Positions 9,647-20,536 of a stretch of 64,000 bases of DNA are shown piece after piece; positions within the stretch are counted from its first letter, which is position 1, and each line of letters begins with the position of its first letter. Origin of the DNA: Acidimicrobiia bacterium (GTDB lineage Bacteria > Actinomycetota > Acidimicrobiia > Acidimicrobiales > Bin134). The notes below the pieces were generated by a model that saw nothing but the letters and a program-made list of their open reading frames with translations, ran no database searches and was not told the origin of the DNA. The stretch lies in contig JAJECA010000050.1 of assembly GCA_022822265.1 (NCBI GenBank), positions 152,890 through 216,889 of the forward strand, read 5' to 3'. The position numbers and the translations under genes were made by a program.

Positions 9647-11382
9647 CGGGGCTGGTCCCGCTGGGAGGGGTCCACCACCACGTCGCTGTTGGACATGCCG
9701 GCCGGGACCATGGGGAAGACGTTCTCCTCAGCCTCGCAGCGGAACTCCACCACCACCGGCTGATCGTCGATCTCATTGGCCTGGGCGATGGCCGGGCCAA
9801 CCTCCTCGGGCGACTCCACCCGAAGCCCGACACAGCCCAGGGCCTCGGCCCACATCTTGTAGTCGGGCACATCGCGGGTGAGGTAGACCTCGGAATAGCG
9901 CTCCTCGTAGAACATCTCCTGCCACTGGCGAACCATGCCCAGATACGCGTTGTTGATGAGGGCCACCTTGATGGGGAACCCCTCGGTGGCCGCGGTGACC
10001 AGCTCTTGGGCAGTCATCTGGAAGCAGCCGTCGCCGTCCACTGCCCACACCATGCGGTCGGGCCGGCCCGCTTTGGCCCCAATGGCGGCGGGGATGGCGA
10101 ACCCCATTGTGCCCAGGCCGCCCGAATTCACCCATGTGTAGGGGTGGTTGAACTTCCAGTACTGGCTGGTCCACATCTGATGCTGGCCCACTCCCGACGC
10201 CACGATGGTGTCGGAGGGGGTGGAGTCCCGAAGCTGCTCCAGCACGTACTGGGGCTTCAGCAGCTCATCGCCCTTCGACTGCTCATAGGTCAGCGGGAAC
10301 CGCTCTTGCCAGCCGCTGATCCGGGACCGCCACTGGTTCCGGTCGGGCTGGGCCTCGCTGCCCCCCATCTCCTTCAGCGCCTTAACCAACTCCTCGATTA
10401 CCACCCGGCAGTCGCCCTGGATGGCCACGTCCGGGCGGCGCACCTTGCCCAGCTCAGCGCTGTCGATGTCCACGTGGATGATCTTGGCCAGGGGGGCGAA
10501 CTCGCCCACCTTGCCGGTGACTCGGTCGTCGAAGCGGGCCCCCAGCGCGATGAGCAGGTCGGCCTCCTGCATTGCAGTGACCGCGGTGTAGTTGCCGTGC
10601 ATGCCGGGCATGCCTAAGCACAGCGGGTGGTCGTCGGGGAAGCCTCCCCGGTTCATCAAGGTAGTAACCACGGGGATGCCGGTCATTTCGGCCAGCTCCA
10701 GGAGGGCTTCTGCCCCCCGGGACTTCAAGATGCCGCCCCCGGTGTAGAGAACCGGGCGCTCAGCCTCGCAGATGAGCTTGGCCGCTTGGCGGATCAGCTC
10801 GGCATCACCCGCCTGGTTGGGGAGGTAGCCGGGCAGGTCGTGGCTGTCGGGGGTGTACCACTCCATGGCCGAGCGGGGGTTGTTGGGGTCGACGATGTCT
10901 TTGGGAATGTCCACCAGCACCGGGCCGGGACGGCCGGTGGTGGCGATGTAGAAGGCGTCGTGGATCACCTGGGGGATGTCGGCCGCCTCGGTCACCAGGT
11001 AGTTGTGCTTGGTCACCGACATGGTGATGCCGGTGGTGTCGCACTCCTGGAAGGCGTCGGTGCCGATGGCCGCGTAGGGCACCTGGCCGGTGACCACCAC
11101 CATGGGGATGGAGTCCATATAGGCATCGCACAGTGGGGTGACAATGTTGGTGGCCGCCGGTCCCGAGGTGACCATGGCCACGCCGGGGCGACCGGTGGCG
11201 TGGGCGTACCCCTCGGCCATGTGGCCGGCGCCCTGCTCGTGGCGCACCAGCACGTGGCGGATGGACGAGTCGATTAGCGGGTCGTACACCGGCAGGATGG
11301 CCCCGCCGGGCAGCCCGAACAAGATGTCCACGCCCTCGTTCTCGAGGGCCTTCATCAGGGCTTGTCCGCCGTTCATATTCAT
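9643..11382 (-). CDS. ilvB: Acetolactate synthase large subunit
   Basis: RHEQGAGHMAEGYA, TSGPAATN, GMPGMHG, SGGLGTMGF, GDGCFQM TPP motif. Confidence 0.98.
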   Translation of the reverse strand: MNMNGGQALMKALENEGVDILFGLPGGAILPVYDPLIDSSIRHVLVRHEQGAGHMAEGYAHATGRPGVAMVTSGPAATNIVTPLCDAYMDSIPMVVVTGQVPYAAIGTDAFQECDTTGITMSVTKHNYLVTEAADIPQVIHDAFYIATTGRPGPVLVDIPKDIVDPNNPRSAMEWYTPDSHDLPGYLPNQAGDAELIRQAAKLICEAERPVLYTGGGILKSRGAEALLELAEMTGIPVVTTLMNRGGFPDDHPLCLGMPGMHGNYTAVTAMQEADLLIALGARFDDRVTGKVGEFAPLAKIIHVDIDSAELGKVRRPDVAIQGDCRVVIEELVKALKEMGGSEAQPDRNQWRSRISGWQERFPLTYEQSKGDELLKPQYVLEQLRDSTPSDTIVASGVGQHQMWTSQYWKFNHPYTWVNSGGLGTMGFAIPAAIGAKAGRPDRMVWAVDGDGCFQMTAQELVTAATEGFPIKVALINNAYLGMVRQWQEMFYEERYSEVYLTRDVPDYKMWAEALGCVGLRVESPEEVGPAIAQANEIDDQPVVVEFRCEAEENVFPMVPAGMSNSDVVVDPSQRDQPR

Positions 11383-11409
11383 ATTGGATCAACCCTTCCG
11401 GCATCTCCG

Positions 11410-11439
11410 AAATGGAAAGACCTCCCAGGCTGGGAGGTC
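11410..11439 (-). terminator. Attenuator terminator upstream of ilvB
   Basis: Perfect 9-bp stem GACCTCCCA-GCC-TGGGAGGTC followed by TTTCCATTT on the minus strand. Confidence 0.8.
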
Positions 11440-11476
11440 GGATGCGCTCGGTCTCCGGGTCGGCCGGGACCGCGCG

Positions 11477-11524
11477 CTAAAGACGTACTACGAGAATCGC
11501 TCCGGTGTGGGGATGGCGCTTCAT
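11477..11524 (-). CDS. ilv leader peptide MKRHPHTGAILVVRL
   Basis: ATG11524 to TAG11477; Ile-Leu-Val-Val-Arg-Leu at the C-terminus, directly upstream of a GC hairpin and the terminator. Confidence 0.8.
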   Translation of the reverse strand: MKRHPHTGAILVVRL

Positions 11525-11552
11525 AGGATCACACCAGTATGAACGCTAGGGC

Positions 11553-12113
11553 GTGGCTGTGACAAGACGGTTTGGGGTGTATCCCGGCTCGTTCAATCCG
11601 CCCACGATCGGCCATCTGGCCATCGCGGAGGCAGCCAGGGACCAGCGGGGGCTCGAACGGGTGGATCTCATGGTGTCACGGGTGGCCCTGGGCAAGGCGC
11701 AGGTGGAGCGGCCCTCGTTCGATGATCGCATCGCGGTGCTGGAAGCCTCGGTAGCCGACATCGACGGATTGGCTGTGGCGGTGACCGATCACCAACTCCT
11801 CGTGGACATCGCCCAGGGGTACGACGTGGTGGTTATGGGCGCCGACAAGTGGACCCAGGTGCTGGACCCGGCCTTCTACGGGGGTTCGGTCGAAACCCGC
11901 GACCAGGCGGTGGAAGCCCTGCTCGAGTTGGACCTGGCCATCGCTCCCCGGCCTCCGTTCCCGGTGCCAGCCGGCGCGGCCCTGGACGTCAGTCCCGAGA
12001 TGATCGCGGTGTCGTCCACCGGAGCACGGCAGGGTCGGTTGGAGTGGATGACTGCCGCGGCCCGGGCGTTCGACGACGCCACCGGCGCCTGGTCGAACCC
12101 CGATACCGGCTAG
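11553..12113 (+). CDS. Cytidylyltransferase-like nucleotidyltransferase (NadD/CoaD superfamily)
   Basis: [16 protein letters not shown] (HIGH-like), MGADK, VSST. Confidence 0.75.
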   Translation: MAVTRRFGVYPGSFNPPTIGHLAIAEAARDQRGLERVDLMVSRVALGKAQVERPSFDDRIAVLEASVADIDGLAVAVTDHQLLVDIAQGYDVVVMGADKWTQVLDPAFYGGSVETRDQAVEALLELDLAIAPRPPFPVPAGAALDVSPEMIAVSSTGARQGRLEWMTAAARAFDDATGAWSNPDTG

Positions 12114-13786
12114 GCCTCGGTAATAGCGCCCTTCTCGGCCCCCTGGGCCAAGCGGGCGTATTTGGCCAGCACACCCTTGGTGTAGCGGGGCTCGGGCGGC
12201 TTCCAATTGGCTTGGCGCTCGGCCAGGGTGGCCTCGTCCACCAACAAATCGATGGAGTGGTCCCGCACGTCGATGCGGATGGTGTCGCCCTCGGCCACAA
12301 GCGCAATAGGCCCGCCCTCGGTGGCCTCAGGAGCCACATGGCCCACGCAGAACCCGTGGGTGCCCCCCGAGAACCGCCCGTCGGTAACCAGCGCGGCGTC
12401 TCCCCCGCGGCCCGCACCCTTCATTGCCCCGGTGATGGCCAGCATCTCCCTCATGCCGGGGCCACCCTTGGGCCCCTCGTAGCGGATCACCACGATGTCG
12501 CCGGCTTCGATGCGCCCGTTCAGCACCGCGTCCATGGCCGCGTCCTCGCCGTCGAACACCCGGGCCCGGCCTTCGAAGTGGTCGAAGTCGATGCCAGCCA
12601 CCTTCAGCACCGCGCCGTTGGGGGCCAGCGAACCGGTGAGCACGGCGATGCCGCCGATGTCGTGGAGCGGATCGTCCAGGCCGTGGATCACGTCTCCATC
12701 GGGACCGGGCGGGTCGAGCAGGGCCAGGTTCTCAGCCATGGTCTTGCCGGTGACGGTGATCTCGTCGCCGTGCAACAGACCCTCGTCCAGCAGCATTTGC
12801 ATCACCACCGGAACGCCGCCGATGCGGTCGATGTCGGCCATGTGGTATTGGCCATGGGGCTTGGTGTCGGCCAGATGGGGAACCCGGGCGGCCACCTTGT
12901 TGAAGTCGTCAAGCTCCAGCTCCACACCGGCCTCCCAGGCGATGGCCAGCAAGTGCAGCACCGCGTTGGTGGACCCGCCCAGGGCCATGGTCACCGCAAT
13001 GGCGTTCTCAAAGGCGGCCTTGGACATGATGGTGCGGGGCCGGATGTTGTCCCGCAGGAGTCCGATCACCGCGGTGCCGCTGGCGTAGCTGTAGTCGTCG
13101 CGGCGGCGGTCCACCGCGGCGGCCGAGGCGCTTCCCGGCAGCGACATGCCCAGCGCCTCGCCGATCGAGGCCATGGTGTTGGCGGTGAACATCCCCGCGC
13201 ACGAGCCCTCGGTGGGGCAGGCATTGCGCTCGATGGCGTCAAGCTCCTCGTCGTCGATGTCGCCCACCGCATGGGCACCCACCGCCTCGAACACGCTCAC
13301 GATGTCGAGCACCTGGCCGTTGTGCTGGCCGGGGAGGATGGACCCCCCGTAGACGAATACCGACGGCAGATTGAGCCGAGCGGCGGCCATCAGCATGCCG
13401 GGCAGCGACTTGTCGCAGCCTGCGAAGCTGACGAAGGCGTCCAGCCGCTCGGCGTGCATCACCGCTTCCACTGAGTCGGCGATGATTTCCCGGCTCACCA
13501 GAGAGGCCCGCATCCCCTCGTGGCCCATGGAGATTCCGTCGGACACCGCAATGGTGTTGAACTCGATAGGGAAGCCGCCGGCGTCGCGCACGCCCTGCTT
13601 GGCCCGCTTGGCCAGCCGGTCGAGCGGCAGATTGCAGGGGGTTACCTCGTTCCACGAAGACGCCACTCCCACTTGGGGCTTGTCCCAATCGTCATCGGTC
13701 ATGCCAACGGCCCGCAGCATGGCCCTGGCCGGCGCCCTCTCCGCTCCCGAGGTGACCTCGCGAGAACGTGGCTTCATATCGCTCAT
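12110..13786 (-). CDS. ilvD: Dihydroxy-acid dehydratase
   Basis: [53 protein letters not shown]. Confidence 0.98.
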   Translation of the reverse strand: MSDMKPRSREVTSGAERAPARAMLRAVGMTDDDWDKPQVGVASSWNEVTPCNLPLDRLAKRAKQGVRDAGGFPIEFNTIAVSDGISMGHEGMRASLVSREIIADSVEAVMHAERLDAFVSFAGCDKSLPGMLMAAARLNLPSVFVYGGSILPGQHNGQVLDIVSVFEAVGAHAVGDIDDEELDAIERNACPTEGSCAGMFTANTMASIGEALGMSLPGSASAAAVDRRRDDYSYASGTAVIGLLRDNIRPRTIMSKAAFENAIAVTMALGGSTNAVLHLLAIAWEAGVELELDDFNKVAARVPHLADTKPHGQYHMADIDRIGGVPVVMQMLLDEGLLHGDEITVTGKTMAENLALLDPPGPDGDVIHGLDDPLHDIGGIAVLTGSLAPNGAVLKVAGIDFDHFEGRARVFDGEDAAMDAVLNGRIEAGDIVVIRYEGPKGGPGMREMLAITGAMKGAGRGGDAALVTDGRFSGGTHGFCVGHVAPEATEGGPIALVAEGDTIRIDVRDHSIDLLVDEATLAERQANWKPPEPRYTKGVLAKYARLAQGAEKGAITEA

Positions 13787-13868
13787 AGCGACAGGCTATC
13801 TAGCAGCATGGCGAAAACTGGCATGGCAACAACTGGTATCGCGACGACCCGGTAGGAGCAGAACGGGC

Positions 13869-15206
13869 ATGGCGCGAATTAGAGGGCTAATGGGATTGCA
13901 CAAGTCGCCCTTTGACCGAGAGATCGCCCGCCTGGCCGTTCCCGCCCTCGGCGCGCTGGTCGCCGAACCGCTCTATACCCTGGCCGACACCGCGGTGGTG
14001 GGGCATCTGGGCACCCCCCACCTGGGCGGCCTGGCGGTGGCCTCACAGGTGCTGCTGGGGGCGCTGTCGCTGTTCATCTTCCTGGCATACGGCACCACCG
14101 CGGCGGTGGGACGGCTCATCGGTGCGGGTGACCATCGCCGAGCCGCCCAGCAGGCGGTGCAGGGGCTGTGGCTGGCCGGGGTGGTCGGCGCGGTGCTGGC
14201 CGCGGCGGCCTATGCGTTCGCCGATCCCCTGCTCAGAGTCCTAGGGGCCGACGGCGAGGTGCTGGCCCAGGGCCGGATCTACTTGCGGATCAGCCTCTTT
14301 GGCCTGCCGGGAATGCTCATCACCTTGGCCGGGGTGGGCTATCTGAGAGGGCTGCAAGACACACTGCGCCCGCTCAAGGTAGCCGTGTTCACCGCCGGGC
14401 TGAACCTTGCCCTAGAGCTGGTGCTGATCTACGGGCTCGGCTTCGGCATCGGCGCCTCGGCGCTGTCAACGGTGGTGGCCCAATGGCTCGCCGCGGGGGC
14501 CTACGTGTGGTGGATTCGGGAGGCCGTGAAAGTCCACGGGGTGACCATGGCCCCCGACCGTTCGATGATTGCGCGATTGGCGGTAGTGGGATTGGACCTG
14601 TTCTTGCGGACCGCGGCGTTACGGGCCTCGTTCACCATGTCGGTGGCGGTAGCCGCCCGCTTGGGAGACATCGAGTTGGCCGCCCACGAGGTGATCTACC
14701 AGCTCATGTTCTTCTTGGCCCTGGTTCTGGATGCGGTGGCCATCGCCGGTCAAGCCATGATCGGCCGCTTTCTTGGTGCCAACGAGCTGGACAACGCTCG
14801 GGCCGCCGGCCGCCGCATGATCGAGTGGGGATTGGCCACTGGAATGGCGGCCACCATTGTGCTGCTGGCCATCAGACCCTGGCTCCCGTTGGTGTTCTCC
14901 AGCGACGAGGCCGTGCTTTCCCTGGTGGGATTCTTGATGCTGCACCTGGCGTTCATTCAGCCGATAAACGGAGTGGTGTTCGCCCTCGACGGCGTGCTCA
15001 TCGGTGCCGGAGACATGCGCTTTCTCGCCGTGGCCATGGCCGGCGCCGCCGCGGTGTTCATCCCCCTGGCAGTGTGGGTGATGGCCGCCGGCGCCGGCAT
15101 AGGCTGGCTGTGGGGCGCCATGTGGGCCCTCATGGCCTCCCGCCTAGTCGCCCTGCTCTGGCGCTTCGCCGGATCCCGCTGGCTAATCCCCGGCGCCGTC
15201 CGCTAG
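13869..15206 (+). CDS. MATE family efflux transporter (DinF-like)
   Basis: LAVPALGALVAEPLYTLADTAVVGHLG; about 12 TM segments; start ATG13869 or ATG13890. Confidence 0.92.
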   Translation: MARIRGLMGLHKSPFDREIARLAVPALGALVAEPLYTLADTAVVGHLGTPHLGGLAVASQVLLGALSLFIFLAYGTTAAVGRLIGAGDHRRAAQQAVQGLWLAGVVGAVLAAAAYAFADPLLRVLGADGEVLAQGRIYLRISLFGLPGMLITLAGVGYLRGLQDTLRPLKVAVFTAGLNLALELVLIYGLGFGIGASALSTVVAQWLAAGAYVWWIREAVKVHGVTMAPDRSMIARLAVVGLDLFLRTAALRASFTMSVAVAARLGDIELAAHEVIYQLMFFLALVLDAVAIAGQAMIGRFLGANELDNARAAGRRMIEWGLATGMAATIVLLAIRPWLPLVFSSDEAVLSLVGFLMLHLAFIQPINGVVFALDGVLIGAGDMRFLAVAMAGAAAVFIPLAVWVMAAGAGIGWLWGAMWALMASRLVALLWRFAGSRWLIPGAVR

Positions 15207-15216
15207 CTGAGTCGAG

Positions 15217-16374
15217 CTAAGAGGCCCCTGCCTCCACGTGGGCTTTGATGCCGTTCACCACTGCCTGCATGTTGGTTCGGTGGACTCGGAGGCGGTTGGC
15301 GATGATTCGGGGTTCTTTTTCGGGGTTCTGCTCGATGAACATGTTCAGGCCGGAGGGGCCGGGGCCGAGGAGGAGGCGGTAGATCAGGCGGGTGCCGCCG
15401 CCCATGAGGGATTGGAGCTCGAAGCGCCACCTTGCGCCGGGATTGTCGGGATCGGAGGTACACCAGCCGAAAGCCACCGGCTTCTCGCACACGTCCACGA
15501 AGCAAGGCACCTCCCAGTCGCCCATCACCTCTAGGTGGTTGCGGCCGGTGAACACAGCCCCCAGCGCGGGGCCGGCGAAGCCTTCGTTCCAGGTGGCCCC
15601 GGTGAACTCGTCGGAGAACTGGGCGGGGAGGTCGATGTCGGTGACCGCGGCCCACACGTCGTCGATCTCGGCCGCGATGTCGGTCTCCACCATCGTGCCG
15701 GGGCCGTCGGCCATGGTTGCCACTGCTCCCGGCCCCGATTCATAGGTGCGGCCGTAACCGTCGAAGAAAGTGATGTTTCGGGCCGGGGTACGTTGCGCAG
15801 GCCGGAATTCAGTGCCCTTGGTCCAGGCCACTGGGAACATGGCGATCTCGGTGATCTCCTCGGGGATGCCCAACAGCTCCTTCAGCTCGGGGGCCTTGGC
15901 CAAGACCGCGGTGGTCCAGGCAGTGCCCAAACCCCGGGCCCTCAGGGCCACGCAGAAGCTCCACCCGCTCTGGATTACCGAGTCGAACAACCCTGGAGCT
16001 CCGCTGCCGTCGTGGCGACCCACGATCGTGGGAATAACGATTGCCGGAACCTCGGCCAAGTGCTCTACCAAGTAAGCCGACGAACTCACCGTCTTGGCCC
16101 GTGGGTGGTCGGTGCCCTCCAAGCGGTCGCGGGCCTCCAACATGAAGCCGCCCACAACCTCGCGGTACAGCCGGGCCAGCTCCTGTTTGATCTCGGGATC
16201 GTGCACCACGATCCACCGCCGGCTGGTCTGGTTGCCCCCGGTGGGCGCCTGCTCGGCGATGTCGATGCAGTCGAGGATGATCTGATCGTCCACCGGCCGC
16301 TCCAAATCCAGCCGCTTCCGCACCGCCCTCGTCGTGGTCAGGGCCAGATCCACCGCCTCGGTGTCGATCTTCAT
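15217..16374 (-). CDS. Nitroreductase family protein fused to an SRPBCC/START domain
   Basis: N-half TTTRAVRKRLD..QAPTGGN..LRARGLGTAWTT; C-half VWAAVTDIDLPAQFSDEF..FTGRNH..WRFEL; GAGGA RBS before ATG16374. Confidence 0.85.
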   Translation of the reverse strand: MKIDTEAVDLALTTTRAVRKRLDLERPVDDQIILDCIDIAEQAPTGGNQTSRRWIVVHDPEIKQELARLYREVVGGFMLEARDRLEGTDHPRAKTVSSSAYLVEHLAEVPAIVIPTIVGRHDGSGAPGLFDSVIQSGWSFCVALRARGLGTAWTTAVLAKAPELKELLGIPEEITEIAMFPVAWTKGTEFRPAQRTPARNITFFDGYGRTYESGPGAVATMADGPGTMVETDIAAEIDDVWAAVTDIDLPAQFSDEFTGATWNEGFAGPALGAVFTGRNHLEVMGDWEVPCFVDVCEKPVAFGWCTSDPDNPGARWRFELQSLMGGGTRLIYRLLLGPGPSGLNMFIEQNPEKEPRIIANRLRVHRTNMQAVVNGIKAHVEAGAS

Positions 16375-16387
16375 GATCGATTTATCC

Positions 16388-17650
16388 TCATAATCGCTGG
16401 GCATCGTTGTATATGCCGCGCGACATCAGGGATTGCTCTTGGTCTCGCCGCTTCTGGTACACCGCGGCACGCTGTTCGAGCACGCCAGGGGCGTCGGGGG
16501 CGGCTTGGGCAGCCCATTCGGCGAGATGGCAGGCAAGACGTAGATCGCCGGCCTCGGAGAGCTCGATGGCTCTGGTGGCCAGCTCGGAAGCCCCTCCGGC
16601 CAGCCGGGCGACTTCCGCAGCCACTGCCTGATCCGGGGCGGGCTTGAGGCGGGCGGGGTTGCCGTCGTACCAGCCGCCGTAGAGGCGCCAGATGTTGCGC
16701 ACCACGAACTCGGGCTCGTCGTAGCCGGCCCGCAGGTAGGGCTTGGCCATCAGGTCGTCGGGTACCCGCACCTCGTGGATGATGTCGTCGAGACGGGCCC
16801 CGGCGTTCATCATCTCCAGCGTGTCGGCCACCAAGCCCTCCAGTGCGGTGGCCACATCGTCGAGCACCATGGCGATGCGCGCCTCCCCCTCGATGGGCAG
16901 GCCGTGGGCCGGCAGCAACAACGCGGGGCGCAGATCGATTATCCGGCGCAAGGCCGCGGCCCACTCCGCGGGATACCGCTGCACCTTCTGGGGATTGCCC
17001 GCGTTGGGGAAGTACCAGATGAACAGGTCGCCGGCGAACAGCGCCCGTTGGTGGGGCAGCCACACCAGGGTGTGGTCGTCGGTCTCCCCCTCGGCATGGA
17101 TAAGCCGCAGCGACGTACCGCCCACCTCCAACTCCAGCTCGGCGGTGTAGTCAGTGGTGGGGCGCACCCAGTCGTCGGCGAACATGTCCATCACGCCACT
17201 TCGACCGAACTGGCGGCGGTTGATGAGCCGGTTGTATTCCTGGGTGAGGGTGTAGCGGTCGAACCGGCGATCCACGGCCTCGTGGGCCACCACCTGCGGA
17301 GCGGCCCTCCCCTGCTGCAAGGCGTCCTCGACGAAGGCGGGGGCTCCGCCCACGTGATCCATATGGCCATGGGTGTAGACGATGGTGTGGACCGGCTGGC
17401 CCTTCCACCGTCGGAGGTGGTCCAGCGCGATGGGAGCGAACCCTGGAAGCGAGGTGTCGATGGCCACGAACCCCTCTTCGGTGGCCACCGACCACACATG
17501 GGAAAACGCGCACACTATGGATACGTCGTCGGCAATCTCGTGGAACGATCCGTCCATAGGGTGGATCGCCTGCTGCGGTTCATCAACGCCCTCGTCGATG
17601 ATTCGGGCCGACCGTTCCAGCAGCGTCATACCGTCCTGCACCCTAGCCAA
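16388..17650 (-). CDS. Alkyl sulfatase-like metallo-beta-lactamase with dimerisation domain
   Basis: THGHMDH, GETDD, FPNAGNPQKVQRY, LPAHG, YGGWYDGNPARLKP; start may be ATG17629. Confidence 0.85.
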   Translation of the reverse strand: MARVQDGMTLLERSARIIDEGVDEPQQAIHPMDGSFHEIADDVSIVCAFSHVWSVATEEGFVAIDTSLPGFAPIALDHLRRWKGQPVHTIVYTHGHMDHVGGAPAFVEDALQQGRAAPQVVAHEAVDRRFDRYTLTQEYNRLINRRQFGRSGVMDMFADDWVRPTTDYTAELELEVGGTSLRLIHAEGETDDHTLVWLPHQRALFAGDLFIWYFPNAGNPQKVQRYPAEWAAALRRIIDLRPALLLPAHGLPIEGEARIAMVLDDVATALEGLVADTLEMMNAGARLDDIIHEVRVPDDLMAKPYLRAGYDEPEFVVRNIWRLYGGWYDGNPARLKPAPDQAVAAEVARLAGGASELATRAIELSEAGDLRLACHLAEWAAQAAPDAPGVLEQRAAVYQKRRDQEQSLMSRGIYNDAQRL

Positions 17651-17669
17651 TACTCCGAAAACCAGCCCT

Positions 17670-19121
17670 CTAGCCGCGGCGGGAATTGAGGAGTTGGGTG
17701 ACGGCTTTGCCGTCGGCTCGGCCCTGAGTGGCCTTCATGACCTGGCCGACGAAGAAACCAGTGAGCTTGCCGTCGCCATCGCAGAAGCGTGACCACTCTT
17801 CGGCGTGCTCGGCAATGAGGCTGTCGACCAAAGACTCCAGCTCGCCGGTGTCCATGGCCTCGAATCCCAGTGTCTGGGCCGCGTCTTGGGGCGATCCCCC
17901 GCCCTCCACCAGCACAGCCAGCACCTTCTTGGCCTGGGTGGCGGTCAACTCGCCCGCCTCCTCCATGCCAACCAGATCGGAGAGCGCCTCAGAGGTCAAC
18001 TGGCCAGAACCATCAGCCAGATTCTGGACGATGTGGGTCATCACCCTCTCCGCCGCTCCTCCTCCGCTGATGGCGGCCAACGCCAGCTCGTCCATCGAGC
18101 GCTCGACGGCCAGCGCAATGTGGTCGATGTCCACCGAAGGGGCGGCTGCGGCTAGCCGAAGTCGGCGGTCCCGGGGCAAGGCGGGCAGCGCCTGGCGGAT
18201 CTGCTCCACCCACTCGGCGCTGGGGTCGAGCGGCAGCAGGTCGGGCTCAGGGAAATAGCGGTAGTCGTAGTCCTCCTCCTTGGAACGCAGGGCGTGGGTG
18301 CGCCCGTCATCCTCGTTCCAGTGCCGGGTCTGCTGCTCTATTGGCTGGCCACTGGTCAACTGGTCGATTTGGCGACTGGCCTCGTATTCGACAGCCCGGC
18401 CCAACGAGCGAAGCGAGTTCACATTCTTGATCTCGCACCGGGTTCCCAGCCGGTCGCTTCCCACCGGTCGCACCGACACATTGCAGTCCACCCGCAGCGA
18501 CCCCTCCTCCATCTTGCCGTCGGACGCCCCCACCGCCACCAGGATGGAACGCAATTCAGCAACATATTGGCGGGCCTCCTCGGCTGAACGCAGCTCGGGA
18601 TGGCCCACGATCTCGATGAGCGGCACCCCGGCCCGGTTGTAGTCCACCAGCGAGTACCCGGCCTCGTGGATGCGCCCACCCCCGCCGATATGGACGGTCT
18701 TGCCGGTGTCCTCCTCCAGGTGGGCCCGCTCGATGCCGACCCGCTTGCCCGAGGGCAGCTCCAGCCAGCCGTCCACGTTGATGGGCTGGTCGTACTGGCT
18801 GATCTGAAAGTCCTTGGGCATGTCGGGGTAGAAGTAGTTCTTGCGGGCAAACACCGAGGGCTGAATCCGGCAGTTGAGGGCTAGGCCCACCCGAACGGCC
18901 AGCTCCACCGCTTTCTCGTTGAGCACGGGAAGGGAGCCGGGCAAGCCGAGCGACACCGGGTCGATGTGAGTGTTGGGATCGCCGCCGAACCGGTTGGGGC
19001 TGGCGCTGAACAGCTTTGTTTCGGTGGCCAGCTCGGCGTGGACCTCCAAGCCCACCACCGTCTCCCACTCGGTGTCGGGCGGGGCCCCCAATCCGGGCAC
19101 CTCTAGGGAGTCTGCGCCCAT
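17670..19121 (-). CDS. gatB: Asp/Glu-tRNA amidotransferase subunit B
   Basis: VGLEVHAEL, RKNYFYPD, HLEEDTGK, YNRAGVPLIEIV, DYRYFPEPDL, GFFVGQVMK. Confidence 0.97.
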   Translation of the reverse strand: MGADSLEVPGLGAPPDTEWETVVGLEVHAELATETKLFSASPNRFGGDPNTHIDPVSLGLPGSLPVLNEKAVELAVRVGLALNCRIQPSVFARKNYFYPDMPKDFQISQYDQPINVDGWLELPSGKRVGIERAHLEEDTGKTVHIGGGGRIHEAGYSLVDYNRAGVPLIEIVGHPELRSAEEARQYVAELRSILVAVGASDGKMEEGSLRVDCNVSVRPVGSDRLGTRCEIKNVNSLRSLGRAVEYEASRQIDQLTSGQPIEQQTRHWNEDDGRTHALRSKEEDYDYRYFPEPDLLPLDPSAEWVEQIRQALPALPRDRRLRLAAAAPSVDIDHIALAVERSMDELALAAISGGGAAERVMTHIVQNLADGSGQLTSEALSDLVGMEEAGELTATQAKKVLAVLVEGGGSPQDAAQTLGFEAMDTGELESLVDSLIAEHAEEWSRFCDGDGKLTGFFVGQVMKATQGRADGKAVTQLLNSRRG

Positions 19122-20536
19122 CACAAGCTCGCTTCCAGCACCGCGGCGGCCCGGAACATGACCGGTTCGCCCAGGGCGGGGGCCATGATCTGCACGCCCA
19201 CCGGCAGACCATCGTCGCCCACCCCGTAGGGCACCGACATGGCGGCCTGTCCGGTGAGGTTCACCGGCACGGTGCAAACGTCGCTCATGTACATGGCCAT
19301 GGGGTCGGCGGTGCGCTCCCCCAGTGAGAATGCAGTTGTAGGCGACGTGGGGCTCACCAGCAGGTCGAACTGCTCCCAAACCGACGCGAAGTCGTTGATG
19401 ATGAGCGTGCGGACCTTTTGGGCTTTCCCGTAGTACGCGTCGTAGTACCCGGCCGACAGGGCGTAGGTGCCGATCATGATGCGGCGCTTGACCTCGTCGC
19501 CAAAGCCGGCGGAGCGGGTGGCGGTGTTCATGTCGGGAGTGCTGGAGCCGTCCACCCGCAACCCGTAGCGGACGCCGTCGTAGCGGGCCAGGTTGCTGGA
19601 TGCCTCGGCCGGGGCGATCAGGTAGTAGGCCGACAGTCCGTAGACCGCAGCCGGCACGCTGGCCTCGGCAACGCGGGCTCCGGCTGATTCCAGCGCTCCC
19701 ACCGCGGCCTGCAATCGAGCGGCAACATCGGAGGCGATGCCGTTGCCGCTCAACTCGGCCAGCACTCCCACCCGCAGCCCGTCTACTCCATCGGCCAGCG
19801 TGTGCGACACCGGGGGCTGGGGCTGGCTGATGCTGGTTGAGTCGCGGGCATCGGGGCCACCGATCACGTCCAACACGGCCGCCGCATCAGCCACCGTGGT
19901 GGTGAAGGGGCCGATCTGGTCGAGCGAAGAGGCGAAGGCCACCAGGCCGTAGCGGGACACCAGGCCATAGGTGGGCTTGACCCCCACCACTCCGCACAGC
20001 GCGGCGGGCTGGCGAATCGACCCGCCGGTGTCGCTGCCCAGCGCCACCGGGGCGAACCCGGCGGCCACCGCGGCTGCGCTGCCCCCTGACGACCCCCCCG
20101 GCACGCGGCTCGTGTCGCGCGGGTTGCGGGTGGGGCCGAACGCCGAGTTCTCGGTGGAGCTGCCCATGGCGAATTCGTCCATGTTGGTCTTGCCCACCAC
20201 CACCGCACCGGCATTTTGGAGCTGCTCCACCACGGTGGCGTTATAGGGCGGTACCCAGCCCTCCAGGATGCGAGAGGAGCAGGTGGTAGCCAGCCCCCGG
20301 GTACACAGGTTGTCTTTGAGGGCGACGGGCACCCCGGCCAAGGGCCCGGGATCGTTGCCGGCGGCCACTGCGCCGTCGATCTCGTCAGCCCGAGCTTGGG
20401 CCTGGGCTGCGGCCACCAGGTTGAAGGCATGGATGTCGGCGTCGCCGTCGGCGATCACATCCAAGTGCTCATCGACCACCGAGCGAGCCGACCGCTGCCC
20501 TGATCGCACGGCGGCGGCAATCTCGACTGCGGTCAC
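19121..20536 (-). CDS. gatA: Asp/Glu-tRNA amidotransferase subunit A
   Basis: [53 protein letters not shown]. Confidence 0.98.
   Translation of the reverse strand: MTAVEIAAAVRSGQRSARSVVDEHLDVIADGDADIHAFNLVAAAQAQARADEIDGAVAAGNDPGPLAGVPVALKDNLCTRGLATTCSSRILEGWVPPYNATVVEQLQNAGAVVVGKTNMDEFAMGSSTENSAFGPTRNPRDTSRVPGGSSGGSAAAVAAGFAPVALGSDTGGSIRQPAALCGVVGVKPTYGLVSRYGLVAFASSLDQIGPFTTTVADAAAVLDVIGGPDARDSTSISQPQPPVSHTLADGVDGLRVGVLAELSGNGIASDVAARLQAAVGALESAGARVAEASVPAAVYGLSAYYLIAPAEASSNLARYDGVRYGLRVDGSSTPDMNTATRSAGFGDEVKRRIMIGTYALSAGYYDAYYGKAQKVRTLIINDFASVWEQFDLLVSPTSPTTAFSLGERTADPMAMYMSDVCTVPVNLTGQAAMSVPYGVGDDGLPVGVQIMAPALGEPVMFRAAAVLEASL

Noticed and set aside
13371-13868. N-terminal extension of the MATE ORF (likewise the long starts for gatB, atpG, ligA and the aldolase)
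   Set aside because: Overlaps neighbouring genes; better starts exist downstream
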